64,000 nucleotides of DNA from an uncultured Verrucomicrobiae bacterium (GCA_963801815.1 CAWDGJ010000002.1:224001-288000), one strand, 5' to 3'. Numbered from the stretch's first letter, positions 21,816 through 31,519 are shown. Numbers and translations are program-made. The notes: generated by a model from the letters alone, not told the origin.

Positions 21816-22745
21816 TCATCCGCGATCCGGAACGGCAACCGCAGCCTCCACTGATTCCCGACGTTTCATTGGCCTAAAAATCAACCACACGCCAGCGAGC
21901 ACCAGCCCTGCGCCGAGAAGCGACCAAAGCGGAAATCTTTCGCCTCCCAACGCCCAACCCAGCATCACCGCACCCGGTGGGGTAATGAGGGAGATGGTTT
22001 GTAGATTCGTCACGGTCATTCGCCGCAATAACCAGTAGAGCAACAAAAAAGTCAGTGATGACCCAATCACCGCAAGGTAGAGGAGACAGAAGATCGACAT
22101 CGACGTCCAATGAAAGTGGGTTGGACTTCCGTCGATGGTGAATCCCAAAATAACCAAGGGGATAACACCAAAAATCATCTGCCAGGCCGCCAGCATTGCC
22201 GGAGCGAGATCAATCGCACGGCGTTTGATTAGCACGTTGGAGAACGCCGCTGTCCCGCCGCCAAGAGCGATACCAATTCCGCCCCAGAACGCCAGTAGTC
22301 CACTGAAACTCAGCAAACGCGTGCAAATCAACATTACTCCGCCAAGAGCGACAAACGCGCCCAGAAGTTTCTGTAGACGCAAGGGTTCGTCAGGCAAAAG
22401 CCAGTGGGCGAAGATCATTCCAAAGATTGGGATCGTCGCCTGCAAAACCGCTGCCAATCCTGAAGAGACATGAAGTTCGCCCCAAAACAGAAGTGTGTAG
22501 TTGAGGCCAAACATCAGGAGGCCGGTGAACGCCAGAAGGGCGTAATCGGAACGGCGTGAAGGAAGCAAACGGACCCGCCCAATCGAAAGCAAAACAAGAA
22601 TGGCGGCGGCGATTACGAATCGAATGGCGACAAAAGATATCGGCGGCAAGTCGCGGAGACCAACCTTGATCGCCAGCCAGGTGGAACTCCAGACGATGCA
22701 GAGCGTGAGCCACGCTGCTGGAATTTTCCAATCAAGCCGTTGCAT
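21816..22745 (-). CDS. EamA/DMT family transporter
   Basis: IVWSSTWLAIKVGL..LPP...RF, SSGLAAVL, YLAVIGSSLTF, LGGE. Confidence 0.92.
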   Translation of the reverse strand: MQRLDWKIPAAWLTLCIVWSSTWLAIKVGLRDLPPISFVAIRFVIAAAILVLLSIGRVRLLPSRRSDYALLAFTGLLMFGLNYTLLFWGELHVSSGLAAVLQATIPIFGMIFAHWLLPDEPLRLQKLLGAFVALGGVMLICTRLLSFSGLLAFWGGIGIALGGGTAAFSNVLIKRRAIDLAPAMLAAWQMIFGVIPLVILGFTIDGSPTHFHWTSMSIFCLLYLAVIGSSLTFLLLYWLLRRMTVTNLQTISLITPPGAVMLGWALGGERFPLWSLLGAGLVLAGVWLIFRPMKRRESVEAAVAVPDRG

Positions 22746-22983
22746 CGACGATACTCGCGCGAATCGCTCGCGTCGTAAAGCCACAGCGTCGCGCTCGGTT
22801 TTCACCAAAACCGCGTCGCCGGCTTCCCTAGACCAACTCGCGAAAAGCTCGCGACCTTACGCTCCCGCTAGTTCGGCAAGAGTGTTCCCAAGATATGGAT
22901 TGCCGCAGAGCGGCGGCCTTCCGCCGCAAAGTTCGCTCCTGCGAACCGCTTGTTGCGGCGCAAATCCGCGTTAGCGTGTCTGC

Positions 22984-23292
22984 GTGAGATTCAACGTGAT
23001 CGTAAAACCCAAGGAAGCAGTCCTCGATCCTCAAGGAAACGCGGTCCGGGATGCAATGCGTCATCTTGGCATGCCGGAAGTCCAAAGCGTTCGAATCGGA
23101 AAATACATGGAAATCAACCTCGACGGCAAAGATGCCGGCCTTGAAAAACGTCTGCGAGGACTTTGCCGCGATTTGCTTTCAAATCCGGTAATTGAAGATT
23201 ACGAACTGCAGAAATCAGCCGCCTCCACCAAGGTTTCGGCGGCCAAGGAGGTCAGCGGTCAGAAGTCAGCGGTTAGAAAGAAAAAGAAATGA
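22984..23292 (+). CDS. purS: Phosphoribosylformylglycinamidine synthase subunit PurS with a C-terminal extension
   Basis: VLDPQG, VRIGKY, LLSNPVIEDY. Confidence 0.95.
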   Translation: MRFNVIVKPKEAVLDPQGNAVRDAMRHLGMPEVQSVRIGKYMEINLDGKDAGLEKRLRGLCRDLLSNPVIEDYELQKSAASTKVSAAKEVSGQKSAVRKKKK

Positions 23293-23477
23293 AAGCGTTG
23301 CGATATTTTTTCTGTGTCGTGCTGCCACCGTTGGCAGTTTTGATGACGGGGCGAATCGCCAGTTTTTTTCTGAGCATTCTCTTGACCTTACTGGGCTGGA
23401 TCCCGGGAGTGATTCACGCCGCCCTGGTCGTGAACGATTATCACGAAGAGCAGCGTGCCCGCCAAGTCGCCCATTAG
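23289..23477 (+). CDS. YqaE/Pmp3 family small membrane protein
   Basis: VLPPLAV...LLTLLGWIPGVIHA; ATGA overlap with purS. Confidence 0.9.
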   Translation: MKALRYFFCVVLPPLAVLMTGRIASFFLSILLTLLGWIPGVIHAALVVNDYHEEQRARQVAH

Positions 23478-23483
23478 CTCGAG

Positions 23484-24194
23484 ATGAAGTTCGCCGTTAT
23501 TCAATTTCCCGGTTCGAACTGCGACCAGGATTGCGTCGCCGGAATTAACAGCATCGAAGGCTTGCAAGCCGATTACGTCTGGCACAAGAAAACATCCCTG
23601 CGCGATTACGATGCCATCGTCCTGCCTGGCGGCTTTGCCTACGGCGATTATCTGCGCTGCGGCGCAATCGCGCGGTTCTCGCCGATAATGAAAGCAGTGG
23701 TCAGTGACGCGCGGGCCGGAAAGCTTGTTCTCGGCACATGCAACGGATTTCAAGTTTTATGCGAAGCGGGCCTACTTCCCGGCGCGCTGGTGCGGAATCG
23801 TTCACTACGCTTCATTTGCGAATTAGTAACGTTACGCGTGGAAGTTCCTGATTCGGCATTCACGCATGGTTGTGCAGAGGGAACACTTCTTCGAATGCCC
23901 ATCGCACACGGAGAGGGATGTTATTTCGCGGATGAACGGACATTGAGTGAGCTCAATCACGAACGGCGAATCGTTATGCGTTACGCGAATGATGACGGTG
24001 AAATTGTCCCGGAGGCGAACCCGAATGGATCCATCGAGAATATCGCCGGGATTTGTAACCGCGAAGGTAATGTTTTTGGCCTGATGCCGCATCCGGATCG
24101 AGCGTGCGACGACCGTCTTGGTAGCGCCGACGGGGCGAAGATTTTCCGATCGATGATGGCGACAATTGAAGCCACGCACATTCGCGCGGCATAA
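23484..24194 (+). CDS. purQ: Phosphoribosylformylglycinamidine synthase subunit PurQ
   Basis: [36 protein letters not shown]. Confidence 0.97.
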   Translation: MKFAVIQFPGSNCDQDCVAGINSIEGLQADYVWHKKTSLRDYDAIVLPGGFAYGDYLRCGAIARFSPIMKAVVSDARAGKLVLGTCNGFQVLCEAGLLPGALVRNRSLRFICELVTLRVEVPDSAFTHGCAEGTLLRMPIAHGEGCYFADERTLSELNHERRIVMRYANDDGEIVPEANPNGSIENIAGICNREGNVFGLMPHPDRACDDRLGSADGAKIFRSMMATIEATHIRAA

Positions 24195-24260
24195 CCCAAG
24201 CCGGCCCCGCCGATACCAAAAAGGCTGCCTTAAATTCCTCAGAAGGCTTCCCTTTGCCGC

Positions 24261-24301
24261 TGTCAGTGTAATTAACACATGTGTCAATAAAATTGACACA
24301 T
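24261..24301. promoter_or_regulatory. Tandem TGT-N11-ACA palindromes, candidate enhancer-binding-protein sites
   Basis: TGTcagtgtaattaACA followed by ATGTGTCAA-taaaa-TTGACACAT, upstream of a sigma-54 site. Confidence 0.6.
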
Positions 24302-24340
24302 ATTTGACCCCCTAGCCGGCTTTACCCAGGCAAAATAGGC

Positions 24341-24356
24341 TGGCACCTGCGTTGCT
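24341..24356 (+). promoter_or_regulatory. Sigma-54 (-24/-12) promoter
   Basis: TGGCAC-CTGCG-TTGCT matches the TGGCAC-N5-TTGCW consensus, 30 bp upstream of ATG 24387. Confidence 0.75.
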
Positions 24357-24386
24357 AAAGCTCCCTGGCAACAACCTTCCTTCTAT

Positions 24387-24863
24387 ATGCTTCTGGAAAA
24401 AACGTTTCATATGAGTCAACCGTTGGCCGAATCGAAGGCCCGGCTTACCAGCATTCAATCTTATAAGCGTCAGCTCCTCATGATCACAAAGGCGACCGTG
24501 ACTTCGTCCAAGACCGTGGAATTCAGTTTCCGCGGGCCGCTCGGCTTCGAAGCGCGAACCGTCTTCCTCGCAGTCGACAGCGATTCGTTCGACCAGTTCG
24601 CGTTCGAATCAGTTGGCGGCAACATCGACGTGATCGGGCTTATCGATTTCACCGAGATCCGGGCAAACTGCACTGAGATCACTCTCGCGATTCACTATCA
24701 AATCAAGAACCGCCTGTTCGCCTGGCTCGATCGGCAGTTTGGTTTTGTCGACACGTTCTTAAACGCAGAGTTGCGCAGTATTCGGGCGCACTTTGAAGGA
24801 ATCGCGACACCCTACGTGGAGCGCATCCCAATCATGCCGTCGTTTGAAACCGCGGCGGCGTAG
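24387..24863 (+). CDS. Hypothetical protein, probable SRPBCC/Bet v1-like fold
   Basis: 158 aa; beta-strand pattern with a long C-terminal helix (FLNAELRSIRAHFEG). Fold call is inference. Confidence 0.6.
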   Translation: MLLEKTFHMSQPLAESKARLTSIQSYKRQLLMITKATVTSSKTVEFSFRGPLGFEARTVFLAVDSDSFDQFAFESVGGNIDVIGLIDFTEIRANCTEITLAIHYQIKNRLFAWLDRQFGFVDTFLNAELRSIRAHFEGIATPYVERIPIMPSFETAAA

Positions 24864-24911
24864 GCTTCAGCCACTTATTGAAGACGCACGGAGTTGGAAC
24901 TTAGTGCGTTT

Positions 24912-26114
24912 TTATTTGATTCGAACGGCGTGCGTCTTATCGAGACGCAAAACCTGACCAGGCTTCAACGCGACCTTCGCTTTTGGATCAACAATTTTCT
25001 CGCCGTCAACTTGAACACTGCCTTGCTTGATCAATCGGCTCGCTTCAGCGCGTGATTTTTTCACTTTAAACGCCTGTAAATAGACATCGACGACGACCAC
25101 CACCGCATCGTCAGCCATGGCGCTGACCGCTGGCAGTTCCGCTTCGTCCAATCGCTTCTTACTGAATCGCGCATTCCATTCATCGAGCGCCTTCTGCGCC
25201 GCTTCGCGCAGGTGATAGGTCTGCACGATTTCAAACGCGAGCTGCTTCTTCGATTCGAACGGATCAGCATTTTTCTTCAACTCTCGGCCAAGCAATAGCT
25301 CGTAATAGCGCGCCATCAGCGCATCCGAAATGCTCATTAGTTTACCGAACATATCGCCGGGAGGCTCGCTCACGCCGACGTAGTTGCCCAAACTCTTGCT
25401 CATCTTCTTGATGCCATCTAGTCCTTCGAGGAGCGGCATCGTCATCACGACTTGCTGGGGTTGGCCTTCTTCCTTTTGGAAGTCCCGTCCGACCAAAATG
25501 TTGAACAGCTGGTCGGTACCACCCAACTCAACGTCTGCTTTCACCATAACGGAATCCCAGCCCTGCATGATCGGATATTGAATTTCGTGAGCGTGAATGG
25601 GTTGTTGATTCTCTATCCGGGCTCGGAAATCCTCGCGTTGCAGCATTTGTTGCAGGGTGACGCGACTATTCAGCCGAATCACGTCTTCGTACGACATCGC
25701 TCGAAACCAATCGCCGTTGCACACAGTTTCAGTCTGCGCGGGATTTAAAATCTTGAAAGCCTGCACCCGATACGTTTCCGCGTTAGCCATCACTTCCTTG
25801 TGCGTCAAATGAGGCCGGGTAACAGATCGCCCACTCGGATCGCCAATCATCCCGGTGAAGTCCCCGATGATCAAAACGGCATGGTGACCGAGATCCTGAA
25901 ACTGGCGAAGCTTACGCAGGACGACAGCGTGGCCAAGATGGATATCGGCTGTCGTGGGATCGACGCCGAGCTTCACTCGCAACGGCCGGCCAAGCGCGAG
26001 TTTTTCTCTCAACTCGGCTTCACTAATAATTTGGGCGGCTCCTTTTTTTAACGAAGCCAACGCCTCATCGGCTTGCATCTCCGCGATTGTAATGGCCGCC
26101 GTGGCCGTCGGCAA
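24912..26114 (-). CDS. tyrS: Tyrosine--tRNA ligase
   Basis: GVDPTTADIHLGH, ELGGTDQLFN, KMSKS, C-terminal S4 domain; exact start uncertain. Confidence 0.97.
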   Translation of the reverse strand: MPTATAAITIAEMQADEALASLKKGAAQIISEAELREKLALGRPLRVKLGVDPTTADIHLGHAVVLRKLRQFQDLGHHAVLIIGDFTGMIGDPSGRSVTRPHLTHKEVMANAETYRVQAFKILNPAQTETVCNGDWFRAMSYEDVIRLNSRVTLQQMLQREDFRARIENQQPIHAHEIQYPIMQGWDSVMVKADVELGGTDQLFNILVGRDFQKEEGQPQQVVMTMPLLEGLDGIKKMSKSLGNYVGVSEPPGDMFGKLMSISDALMARYYELLLGRELKKNADPFESKKQLAFEIVQTYHLREAAQKALDEWNARFSKKRLDEAELPAVSAMADDAVVVVVDVYLQAFKVKKSRAEASRLIKQGSVQVDGEKIVDPKAKVALKPGQVLRLDKTHAVRIK

Positions 26115-26149
26115 AGAATTCCGACAAGCTCGAAGCGGTTGGCGGGTCG

Positions 26150-26658
26150 TTACTTATTCTTGTTCAGCAGCTGGCGAACTTGATCGATGGTTAGAGGCGG
26201 ATTTTGGCGATCAAGCGATTTCTGGTTCTTGCCCTGCTCGCGAAACTCACGCTGACCAGCGAAGTCTTGAGTGGCAACTTTCGATTGGGCATCGCGCGTC
26301 TGACGAACGCCGGGGGCGGCCGGCGTTGCCAATTGACTCGGCACGTTGACGGCGCGGCCCTGAAGCCAGCCACTATTCCGCGAGTCGCTTTGGAACGAGC
26401 GGGGATGATATTCCTGGACGGCGATGGTGTGCGTATCCCGAATGATTTCTCTTTTCGTGATGGCTCGACGACAAACTTGCGGGCAGCGCCCGGTCGCGCG
26501 ATAGCGTAGGAATCCACAGCAAACGCCTTTCCTTGCGCACTATTTTGCAAGTCCATGTTCGGCCGCAGAAGACGGTCGATCAGGCTTTGTTGCTGAGTTT
26601 GGGCCCAGCCTGCCGCCGGGTAGCAACAAATGAGAAGGAGGATTGGGGAACAGCGCAC
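26150..26658 (-). CDS. Hypothetical secreted protein (apparent frameshift)
   Basis: Signal peptide plus QQQSLIDRLLRPNMDLQN in one frame; C-terminus FAGQREFREQGKNQKSLDRQNPPLTIDQVRQLLNKNK in another. Confidence 0.6.
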
Positions 26659-26753
26659 GAGTTCGAGGCTAGCGCAACGTGCAACGCGTTTGCAAAGGAA
26701 ATTACCATGTTACGTTGCCAACATCGTGCACTTGCGAAATTCTTCTGGCGAGA

Positions 26754-27236
26754 ATGCAACCTGACGAAACTTTTATGCGGGAGGCGTTACGGCTCGCCGA
26801 AAAAGCCCGTGCCGCCGAAGAAGTTCCTGTTGGCGCGGTCGTCGTCAGAGACGGCAAAATAATTTCGCGCGCCTACAATCAGGTCGAACTACTCAAGGAC
26901 GCAACTGCGCACGCCGAAATGCTGGCGTTAACCGCCGCAGAAGCAGCCGTGGGCGACTGGAGACTAACCGATTGCGATCTTTACGTGACCAAAGAGCCAT
27001 GCCCCATGTGCGCGGGCGCGATCATACATACGCGGATTCGCCGGGTCGCCTTTGGTTGCCCAGACGTCCGCGCCGGCGCGGCTGGAACGGTAATGAATTT
27101 GCTGGATCACAACTCACTCAACCACCGTTGCGAAATCACAAAAGGTGTTTTGCAAAACGAGTGTGCCTCGATTCTGCAGGACTTCTTTCGCGAAAAACGC
27201 GGGAAACGAGACGCTAGTCGGACCTCTGATCTCTGA
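26754..27236 (+). CDS. tadA: tRNA adenosine(34) deaminase
   Basis: EVPVGAVVV, TAHAEM, TKEPCPMC. Confidence 0.95.
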   Translation: MQPDETFMREALRLAEKARAAEEVPVGAVVVRDGKIISRAYNQVELLKDATAHAEMLALTAAEAAVGDWRLTDCDLYVTKEPCPMCAGAIIHTRIRRVAFGCPDVRAGAAGTVMNLLDHNSLNHRCEITKGVLQNECASILQDFFREKRGKRDASRTSDL

Positions 27237-27247
27237 TTTCTGGGAAC

Positions 27248-27321
27248 TGGCTGCCTCGCTAGGACTCGAACCTAGACAAAGAGATCCAGAGTCTCTTGTG
27301 CTACCATTACACCACGAGGCA
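27248..27321 (-). tRNA. tRNA-Gln (CTG)
   Basis: TGCCTCG acceptor stem, TGGTGTAATGGTAGCAC D arm, AGAGA-CT-CTG-GA-TCTCT anticodon arm, GGTTCGAGTCC, encoded CCA. Confidence 0.96.
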
Positions 27322-27394
27322 AAATGAGAGCCAAACCTAAAGCGAGGTTTGCCGATTTCGCAACCCTGGCCCTAGCTAAGTCGGACGGATGTTC

Positions 27395-27519
27395 AAATCC
27401 GAATTTCGAAGTCCGAAACAATACTCAAAAAGTCTCGAATCGGCCAAAGAGACCTTCTCGCCCCTTTGAGATTCGGCATTCGGATTTGTTTCGATATTCG
27501 ATATTCGTGCTTCGGATTT
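27395..27519. repeat. 7-nt-period hairpin element (TTCGAA type), copy B
   Basis: aaatccgaatttcgaagtccgaaacaat ... ttgtttcgatattcgatattcgtgcttcggattt. Confidence 0.75.
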
Positions 27520-28439
27520 TACAGGGTGATCTCGGCGCCCTCGCGCGCGCCTTCGACTTCCAGATGACTTTCGCTTTTAGCGGCCAGCTTTCGCGCCGTT
27601 TGCACCATCTTGTCGATCATCTGGTCGTCGTGCGTTGGATCGTGATGAAAAAGAATGAGCTTACGAACGCCGGCATCCAGGGCCAGTGACACCCCTGTAG
27701 CGACCGACCCGTGCCCCCAGCCCACATGGGCTTGATACTCCTCGTCTGTGTACTGCGTATCCAGAATCAAAATGTCGGAGCCCTGAAGAAATGTCACCAG
27801 CTCGGCGCGGTCTTCCTGTGCGCGCTTCTTTGCTTGCTCCGGGCTTAACAAATGGGATTTAGCCGAGTGCAATTTAAAAGCTTCGTAAGGCTCGGTGTCC
27901 GGAAGATAAGCGATCGAGCCTTTGCTCGTGAAAATGCGATAACCGACACAGACGCCGGGATGGTTCATGAGTTTTGCACGAACTCGTACTTTGCCGATTT
28001 CGAAATCCATCGCTTCGAGGTTTTCGAATTGGATTTTTCCGGGCAGATCGTAGAGCGCGACCGGAAAAAACGGGGCGGCCATCTGGCCTTTCAGAATTTC
28101 ACGAAGACCGCTGCCCGCTCCATTGTAACCGAAAATCCGGATTTGGTTTTTGTCGTTGTAGGACGGAACGAAAAACGGAAATCCCTGAATGTGATCCCAA
28201 TGAACGTGTGTGATCAACAAACTCAGGTTGATCGGTCGCGAACCGAACTCGCTTTCGAGGGCGACGCCCAGTTCCCGAATGCCGGATCCCGCGTCAAGGA
28301 TGATTATCTCGCCGTCAGCACGAACCTCGACGCAGGCAGTGTTGCCACCATAGCGCACCGTCCCCGGGCCGGGAACGGGAATTGAACCACGAACACCCCA
28401 GAGCTTCAGGCGCGTAGACGATCCCGATACGGCCGACAT
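27519..28439 (-). CDS. MBL-fold metallo-hydrolase
   Basis: WGVRGSIP, YGGNTACVE, THVHWDHIQG, GWGH, FHHDP. Confidence 0.92.
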   Translation of the reverse strand: MSAVSGSSTRLKLWGVRGSIPVPGPGTVRYGGNTACVEVRADGEIIILDAGSGIRELGVALESEFGSRPINLSLLITHVHWDHIQGFPFFVPSYNDKNQIRIFGYNGAGSGLREILKGQMAAPFFPVALYDLPGKIQFENLEAMDFEIGKVRVRAKLMNHPGVCVGYRIFTSKGSIAYLPDTEPYEAFKLHSAKSHLLSPEQAKKRAQEDRAELVTFLQGSDILILDTQYTDEEYQAHVGWGHGSVATGVSLALDAGVRKLILFHHDPTHDDQMIDKMVQTARKLAAKSESHLEVEGAREGAEITL

Positions 28440-28545
28440 AATTGATTTGGCAGCGAGTTTGTCACGCAACCGACATGAAACCAAGAGTTTTCGCGAATTC
28501 TAAAGCGATCATTAGTCGATCGCCCCGAAAGGCGGTCTAGAGTCC

Positions 28546-28580
28546 AAAAAAAGCCGCCCCGAATTACTTCGGGGCGGCCT
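28546..28580 (-). terminator. Intrinsic terminator
   Basis: GCCGCCCCGAA/TTCGGGGCGGC stem followed by a T-run on the minus strand. Confidence 0.85.
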
Positions 28581-28602
28581 AAGGGAAACAGAATTGAATT
28601 GA

Positions 28603-29167
28603 TTAGGCGCGGGCGCGGCGCAAACGCGGTGCAACGAGCAACGCGGCGGCGCAAACACCAATCAGTGGCACCAAGGAAGTTGATTCCGGAACCGGCACGG
28701 AAACCTGGCCGACGTTTTGGATCTTCGTTCCGGACGGATCGCCGCTTCGCGTAGCCTCAGCCGTGAATTGACCCGCCTGGAGCTGATCCGTGTTGGTCAC
28801 AGCCGAAAAGATTCCCAGGAATGCGGCTCCGGAGATCGGAGTTGTGCCAGTATAGGTCCAGGTGAGATTCCAAAGGCTTGGATTATCCGTGGGGTTTACC
28901 AAAGTCGGTGTCGGGCCGACTAACGCGGTCGAAAATGTCCAACCGGAGGGTTGCGTCGTAGTGGTAGGCATAATCGAACTAAAATCGTAAATCGTGAAAA
29001 AGTCGTTGTGAGTCACCGTTTCATCCACCGTGACGTTGGCCGAGTAATTCCATGTGAAATTCGGCGCTGAGCCCGTCACCGACGACAGATGTCGGAATGA
29101 TGTCGCCGTACGCGACAAAGATGCTCGTTCCAAATGCGACCAACCCTAGTATCAATGCCTTTCTCAT
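28603..29167 (-). CDS. PEP-CTERM-type exosortase target surface protein (frameshift near 29090)
   Basis: Signal peptide MRKALILGLVAFG, Thr/Ser-rich body, C-terminal VPES + hydrophobic helix + RLRRAR. Confidence 0.75.
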
Positions 29168-29320
29168 AAATAATCTTCGTGAGGTTCGACGGGGATTCTG
29201 GAACAAATGGGGTCTCTGCGTCAATGATAATCTAGGCCGGGGTTTGGGGCCGTCCCCGGGGCAAAACCGCCGAAATTAGCGGTGGCGCACCCCTACTGGC
29301 CTTTGAATATTAGCCCCCCA

Positions 29321-31045
29321 ATGACGCAGCATCCCAGTTCGGGCCGGCCCCACCACCAGGAGGAAAAGAAGAAGCGACGGAACCGCTGGATATTCATTAC
29401 CTGCGTCCTGGTAGCGTTGGTGGTCGCGGGAGCTGTTACCTACCGCTTTGCCAGAGTGCGACGGGCCGACCGATTTGCCGCTGCCGGCGACTCGCTGCGC
29501 AAAGACAACAAACTGAACGATGCGGCCATCCAATACCGGGTCGCGTTGCAGCTCGATCCCCACAACTATTATGCCCTGAGCGGTGCAGCCCGGCTTGCCT
29601 CCCAAGCCGACCGGCCGGAAGCGATCGAGCTTTGGCAAAAGGTCGTCGAGCTTCCGCAGTGCACCGTCGAAGACCGTGAAGAGTACGCCGAACTCCTCAT
29701 CAGGAGCAATCGACTGACTCTCGCGCAGAATATCATCGACCCTTTGCTTAAAAATAATCCCGACACACGGACGCTGGAGTTGGCGTCGCGCTACTCAACA
29801 AAAACCGGCGAGCGAGCCAAGGCGGTGGAGTTCATGCGGATCGCTGCCGAGCGATCTCCGGAGGATGATGGGACGCAACTTCAACTTGCGGAACTTTTGG
29901 CGCAATCAACTGACTCAACGGAACAAGCGGAGGCGCGCAAAATCCTTTGGCAACTTGCGGGTAAATCAAACTCAAACGCCTACAAACAAGTCGCGATCGA
30001 GGCACTGGCCGGCGCGCCGCAATTAACGGCTGACGAACAAGCGCGGCTCATCCAGGAACTCGCCAGTTTGACTCCAAAAAACGTTAAAGACGATTTGCTG
30101 GCTGCCGACCTGCGGTTGCAGCTCCATCCCGACGACGCATCACACTTATATCGAGAAGTAATCGAGCGCTGGCGAGACGCTCCGACCGAGGACCTTATTC
30201 AACTTGCCCGCTGGTTAAACGTTCATCAACAGCCCGAGCTCGTTCTTTCCTCTTTCCCGATCGAGCGTGCGTTCGAGAACAATCAGCTTCTCCTGGCACG
30301 GCTCGATGCCATGGCCATTTTGCAGCGTTGGAACGACATCGATCAGGTCCTAAGCCGGGATCAAGTGACCCTCGATCCTTCCGTGATCGAAAGTTTTCAC
30401 GCTCGCACCGCGCAAGAGCGGAACGCCACTCTCGATGCCGACATGCATTGGAATCACGCGATTTCTCTGGCGGGAACCGACCCATTTAAACTCCGCTTTG
30501 TCGCCAACTTTGCCGAGCAAAGCCATGCCAATGGCGTGGCTCTCAAGGGATACGAACAACTCGCGCATTTCCCCGATCAGGCTGAGTTGGCGTATCGCGG
30601 AATTCAGCGGATTGGTCAAAAGACCGGCGATCTCCCAACGCAGCGTTCGGCAATGGCAAAAATCTCGGCTCGAACACCGGAAGATCCGAACGCCGCCGAT
30701 CAACTCGCTTACCTGAATTTGCTCCTCGGAGAAGAGATTGATAAGAATCTCGCCATCGCCAAAAACCTGGCCGAGCAGTATCCCAATCGCCTGGCGTATC
30801 GTGTTACGAGTGCGCTTGGTTACCTTCGGCAGCGAAATGCTGCTGCTGCTCTCGCCCAATTTAACGCGCCAGCTCCAATCGACTGGAACCAGGCGTCGCC
30901 AAGCTGGCGTGCTGTTTATGCGGCAGCTCTCCTCGGCAGCGATCGAAACGATGAAGCACAAAAAATTATTGCGACCATACCGCGTGATCGCCTGAATGCT
31001 GAAGAACGCGCGTTGATTGGAGAGAACGCCGAAACGAAGCGTTAG
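29321..31045 (+). CDS. Membrane-anchored TPR-repeat protein
   Basis: Basic N-terminus, one TM helix, TPR-like repeats (YRVALQLDPHN); start approximate. Confidence 0.8.
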   Translation: MTQHPSSGRPHHQEEKKKRRNRWIFITCVLVALVVAGAVTYRFARVRRADRFAAAGDSLRKDNKLNDAAIQYRVALQLDPHNYYALSGAARLASQADRPEAIELWQKVVELPQCTVEDREEYAELLIRSNRLTLAQNIIDPLLKNNPDTRTLELASRYSTKTGERAKAVEFMRIAAERSPEDDGTQLQLAELLAQSTDSTEQAEARKILWQLAGKSNSNAYKQVAIEALAGAPQLTADEQARLIQELASLTPKNVKDDLLAADLRLQLHPDDASHLYREVIERWRDAPTEDLIQLARWLNVHQQPELVLSSFPIERAFENNQLLLARLDAMAILQRWNDIDQVLSRDQVTLDPSVIESFHARTAQERNATLDADMHWNHAISLAGTDPFKLRFVANFAEQSHANGVALKGYEQLAHFPDQAELAYRGIQRIGQKTGDLPTQRSAMAKISARTPEDPNAADQLAYLNLLLGEEIDKNLAIAKNLAEQYPNRLAYRVTSALGYLRQRNAAAALAQFNAPAPIDWNQASPSWRAVYAAALLGSDRNDEAQKIIATIPRDRLNAEERALIGENAETKR

Positions 31046-31050
31046 CGTGC

Positions 31051-31443
31051 TTACAGCAGACTCACTCCGAATGGTGCAGGTCCGTGTTTCCAGCGTAACT
31101 CGGGATTCAAATTAATCTCCTCTGGCGGAACATCGAATCCGACCGAGCGCAACAAATACGAAACACCTTCGCGACTTTCCATCGTTTCTTTTAAACTCCG
31201 CGCAAACAGTTCCACGTATTCTTTGTAGGAATCGAGCGACAGCTTGCCCTGTGCGAAATGGTCGGCCAGCGCTTCGTCATGATAATCGATCAAGTCGACC
31301 AGCGCGCGGCGGAGATCGAGTCGCACCTTTGGGTCAATTACGACCTTAAACGGCGTCGCAGACGGGTCAGCTTTGGCCAGGGCCCGCGTTTTGGGGCCGG
31401 TTTGCTCGACTCGCGCGATCTGAAAATCGTGACTCTTTTCCAT
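31051..31443 (-). CDS. Hypothetical protein
   Basis: 130-aa ORF with ATG start and protein-like composition, filling the gap. Confidence 0.65.
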   Translation of the reverse strand: MEKSHDFQIARVEQTGPKTRALAKADPSATPFKVVIDPKVRLDLRRALVDLIDYHDEALADHFAQGKLSLDSYKEYVELFARSLKETMESREGVSYLLRSVGFDVPPEEINLNPELRWKHGPAPFGVSLL

Positions 31444-31519
31444 GCCGATGCTTACACAAAGTCCGACTTGGACATGGCGACTTGTAACAGATCGACGAGA
31501 ATTTGCGCGCTAAATTTTT

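Noticed and set aside
22746..22983. ZTP or guanidine riboswitch
   Set aside because: I could not find the characteristic 3' motifs; kept only as an unknown structured-RNA candidate.
27248..27519. Integrative element at tRNA-Gln
   Set aside because: No integrase and no duplicated tRNA 3' end; flanking genes are housekeeping.
31461..31478. Fourth copy of the 18-bp motif (gtccgacttggacatggc)
   Set aside because: Too many mismatches plus an indel to distinguish from chance.
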